This document shows positions 62,704-64,000 of a stretch of DNA of 64,000 bases, one piece after another. The notes below the pieces were generated by a model, which did no database searches, was not told the DNA's origin, and worked only from the letters and a program-made list of their open reading frames with translations. The DNA is taken from positions 638 through 64,637 of the forward strand of contig JACKFI010000008.1 in assembly GCA_020632555.1 (NCBI GenBank). The letters run 5' to 3'. The translations under genes were made by a program, and so were the position numbers. Origin of the DNA: Candidatus Omnitrophota bacterium. GTDB taxonomy: Bacteria > Omnitrophota > Gorgyraeia > Zapsychrales > JANLHA01. Numbering within the stretch: the first letter of the stretch is position 1; each line of letters opens with the position of its first letter.

Positions 62704-62766
62704 TTACTTTCTCTTTGCTGTTTTTTTCTTGGCTACTTTCTTTGCTGCTTTTTTCTTTGTTGCCAT
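62704..62766 (-). CDS. 20-aa Lys/Ala-rich micro-protein candidate
   Basis: MATKKKAAKKVAKKKTAKRK. SD GGAAAGGAG lies 6 nt upstream. A GC-rich hairpin (AAAACCCC...GGGGTTTT) plus T-run lies ~20 nt downstream. Not in the ORF track because of its size. Confidence 0.4.
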   Translation of the reverse strand: MATKKKAAKKVAKKKTAKRK

Positions 62767-63021
62767 CGTTTTCTCCTTTCCAGAGATAATGATGTTGATT
62801 TGTAATGATGATTTAATAGTAGCATATGCACTTAGAGATGCAAAAAATTTCTTAATTATTTTTTTAATTTTTTGAGAATTTGTTAATAAAAAAAATAATT
62901 CTTGGTTTTTTATCGACGGAGAATTGCACGTTGATTATGCATGTGAAATTGTGCTAGTAAAAATGATCATTGCCTGAGAAAATAATTTTAATTATGCGCT
63001 AAAAATAAAATTTAATTATTT

Positions 63022-64000
63022 ATGTCGGCCCTTTACATCCATATTCCTTTTTGTGAACGAAAATGTTTTTATTGTTCTTTTGCGGTAGCCATAGGACAAG
63101 AGCATCGCATGGATCAGTATGTGTCTGCTTTGTTAGCGGAGGCGGATTTATACCAAAGACAGGAAATTAAGACAATTTATTTTGGCGGCGGGACGCCCAG
63201 CATGTTGACGACAGTCCAATGGGCGCGATTGATCAATGTGCTAAAACAACGGTTTATATTCTCAGCGGATTGTGAAATTACGGTGGAAGCGAATCCGGAA
63301 AATTTAGATTTAGAAAAAGCACAACAATTGTTTGATCTGGGTGTCAATCGTATTAGTTTGGGCATTCAAACGTTTCATGATGAGTATTTACGGTATTTGG
63401 GACGGGCGCATGATTCTTTTAAAGCATTAAGCGCTTTTAATGATTTGCGCCGGGCAGGATTTAAAAATATTAATATTGACCTCATGTATTCTTTCCCGAG
63501 GCAGACAACGGAGGAAATCATCCGGGATGTGCAGACAGTCTTGGGTTTGGGCAGTGAACATGTTTCTCTGTATACATTGACGGTTGAGCCTAATAGTAAG
63601 TTTTATGCGCAAAAAATCAAAGAGCAAGATAATCAAATGCAAGGTGATCAATATGAATTGGTCACGGCTTTATTGCAAGAGTCAGGGTTGGGTCAGTATG
63701 AGGTCAGCAATTTTAGCCGGGCAGGTTTTGAATCACGGCATAATTTAAATTGTTGGACAGGAGGAAATTATATTGGTTTGGGGATGAGTGCTCATAGTCA
63801 TTGTGACGGCTGCCGCAGTTGGAATGTTGAACGGCTAGGCGAGTATTTAAAAAGAATCGAATCCGGCGGGAGTTCGCAAGAAGGTTGTGAGGTTTTGGCG
63901 GCTGATGCCCGATTACGGGAAGCTTTGGTTTTTGGTTTGCGCATGAACCGTGGCGTTGATCTGGGTACTTTAGAAGAGAATTTTGCTTGTCGTTTGTCAC
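63022..64000 (+). CDS. hemW: Radical-SAM HemW/HemN-like protein (3'-truncated by the window edge)
   Basis: Open to the window end, so absent from the ORF track. MSALYIHIPFCERKCFYCSFA (CxxxCxxC), ...IYFGGGTPS..., ...RISLGIQTF... Confidence 0.8.
   Translation, partial: MSALYIHIPFCERKCFYCSFAVAIGQEHRMDQYVSALLAEADLYQRQEIKTIYFGGGTPSMLTTVQWARLINVLKQRFIFSADCEITVEANPENLDLEKAQQLFDLGVNRISLGIQTFHDEYLRYLGRAHDSFKALSAFNDLRRAGFKNINIDLMYSFPRQTTEEIIRDVQTVLGLGSEHVSLYTLTVEPNSKFYAQKIKEQDNQMQGDQYELVTALLQESGLGQYEVSNFSRAGFESRHNLNCWTGGNYIGLGMSAHSHCDGCRSWNVERLGEYLKRIESGGSSQEGCEVLAADARLREALVFGLRMNRGVDLGTLEENFACRLS

Overview
This is a 64-kb chromosomal window from an AT-rich (about 40% GC by eye) Gram-negative bacterium. 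The gene content suggests an uncultivated PVC/Omnitrophota-like lineage, but that taxon call is inference only. Coding density is high and there is no integrase, transposase, CRISPR array, rRNA or obvious prophage.

Housekeeping content:
- A cobalamin riboswitch in front of a TonB-dependent receptor.
- hemH and hemW, accA, rlmN, a comM/yifB-like ATPase, an L,D-transpeptidase, nifS, mnmA, pgi and tatA-tatC.
- A birA-led biotin operon (birA-bioF-bioH-like-bioC-fused bioD/bioA).
- Two tRNAs on the minus strand, Leu-CAA and Ala-GGC.
- Four large GT-C/YfhO-type membrane glycosyltransferase-like proteins.

Accessory or unusual content:
1. A divergent locus (27.1-44.8 kb). A 1,716-aa secreted papain-like (C1) protease and an S8 subtilase sit back-to-back with a translationally coupled 9-gene T2SS/T4P-hybrid operon. 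The protease carries seven ~501-bp near-identical tandem repeat units with mosaic variable cassettes. The operon has no major pseudopilin or prepilin peptidase in the window.
2. A GHKL-ATPase + STAS-like (DUF4325-like) gene pair with an apparently leaderless, operator-overlapped promoter. It is followed by a zinc-ribbon membrane protein and a site-2 protease.
3. A coupled HTH / GIDE-domain (with EF-hand) / LemA operon.
4. A perfect 24-bp lacO-like palindrome with no cognate repressor in view.
5. tRNA-linked 47/94-bp tandem repeats.
6. Two related long-hairpin elements that bracket the biotin operon exactly.
7. A 20-aa Lys/Ala-rich micro-ORF with its own SD and terminator.

All family calls come from motifs read by eye and from memory of those families. 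No searches were run.
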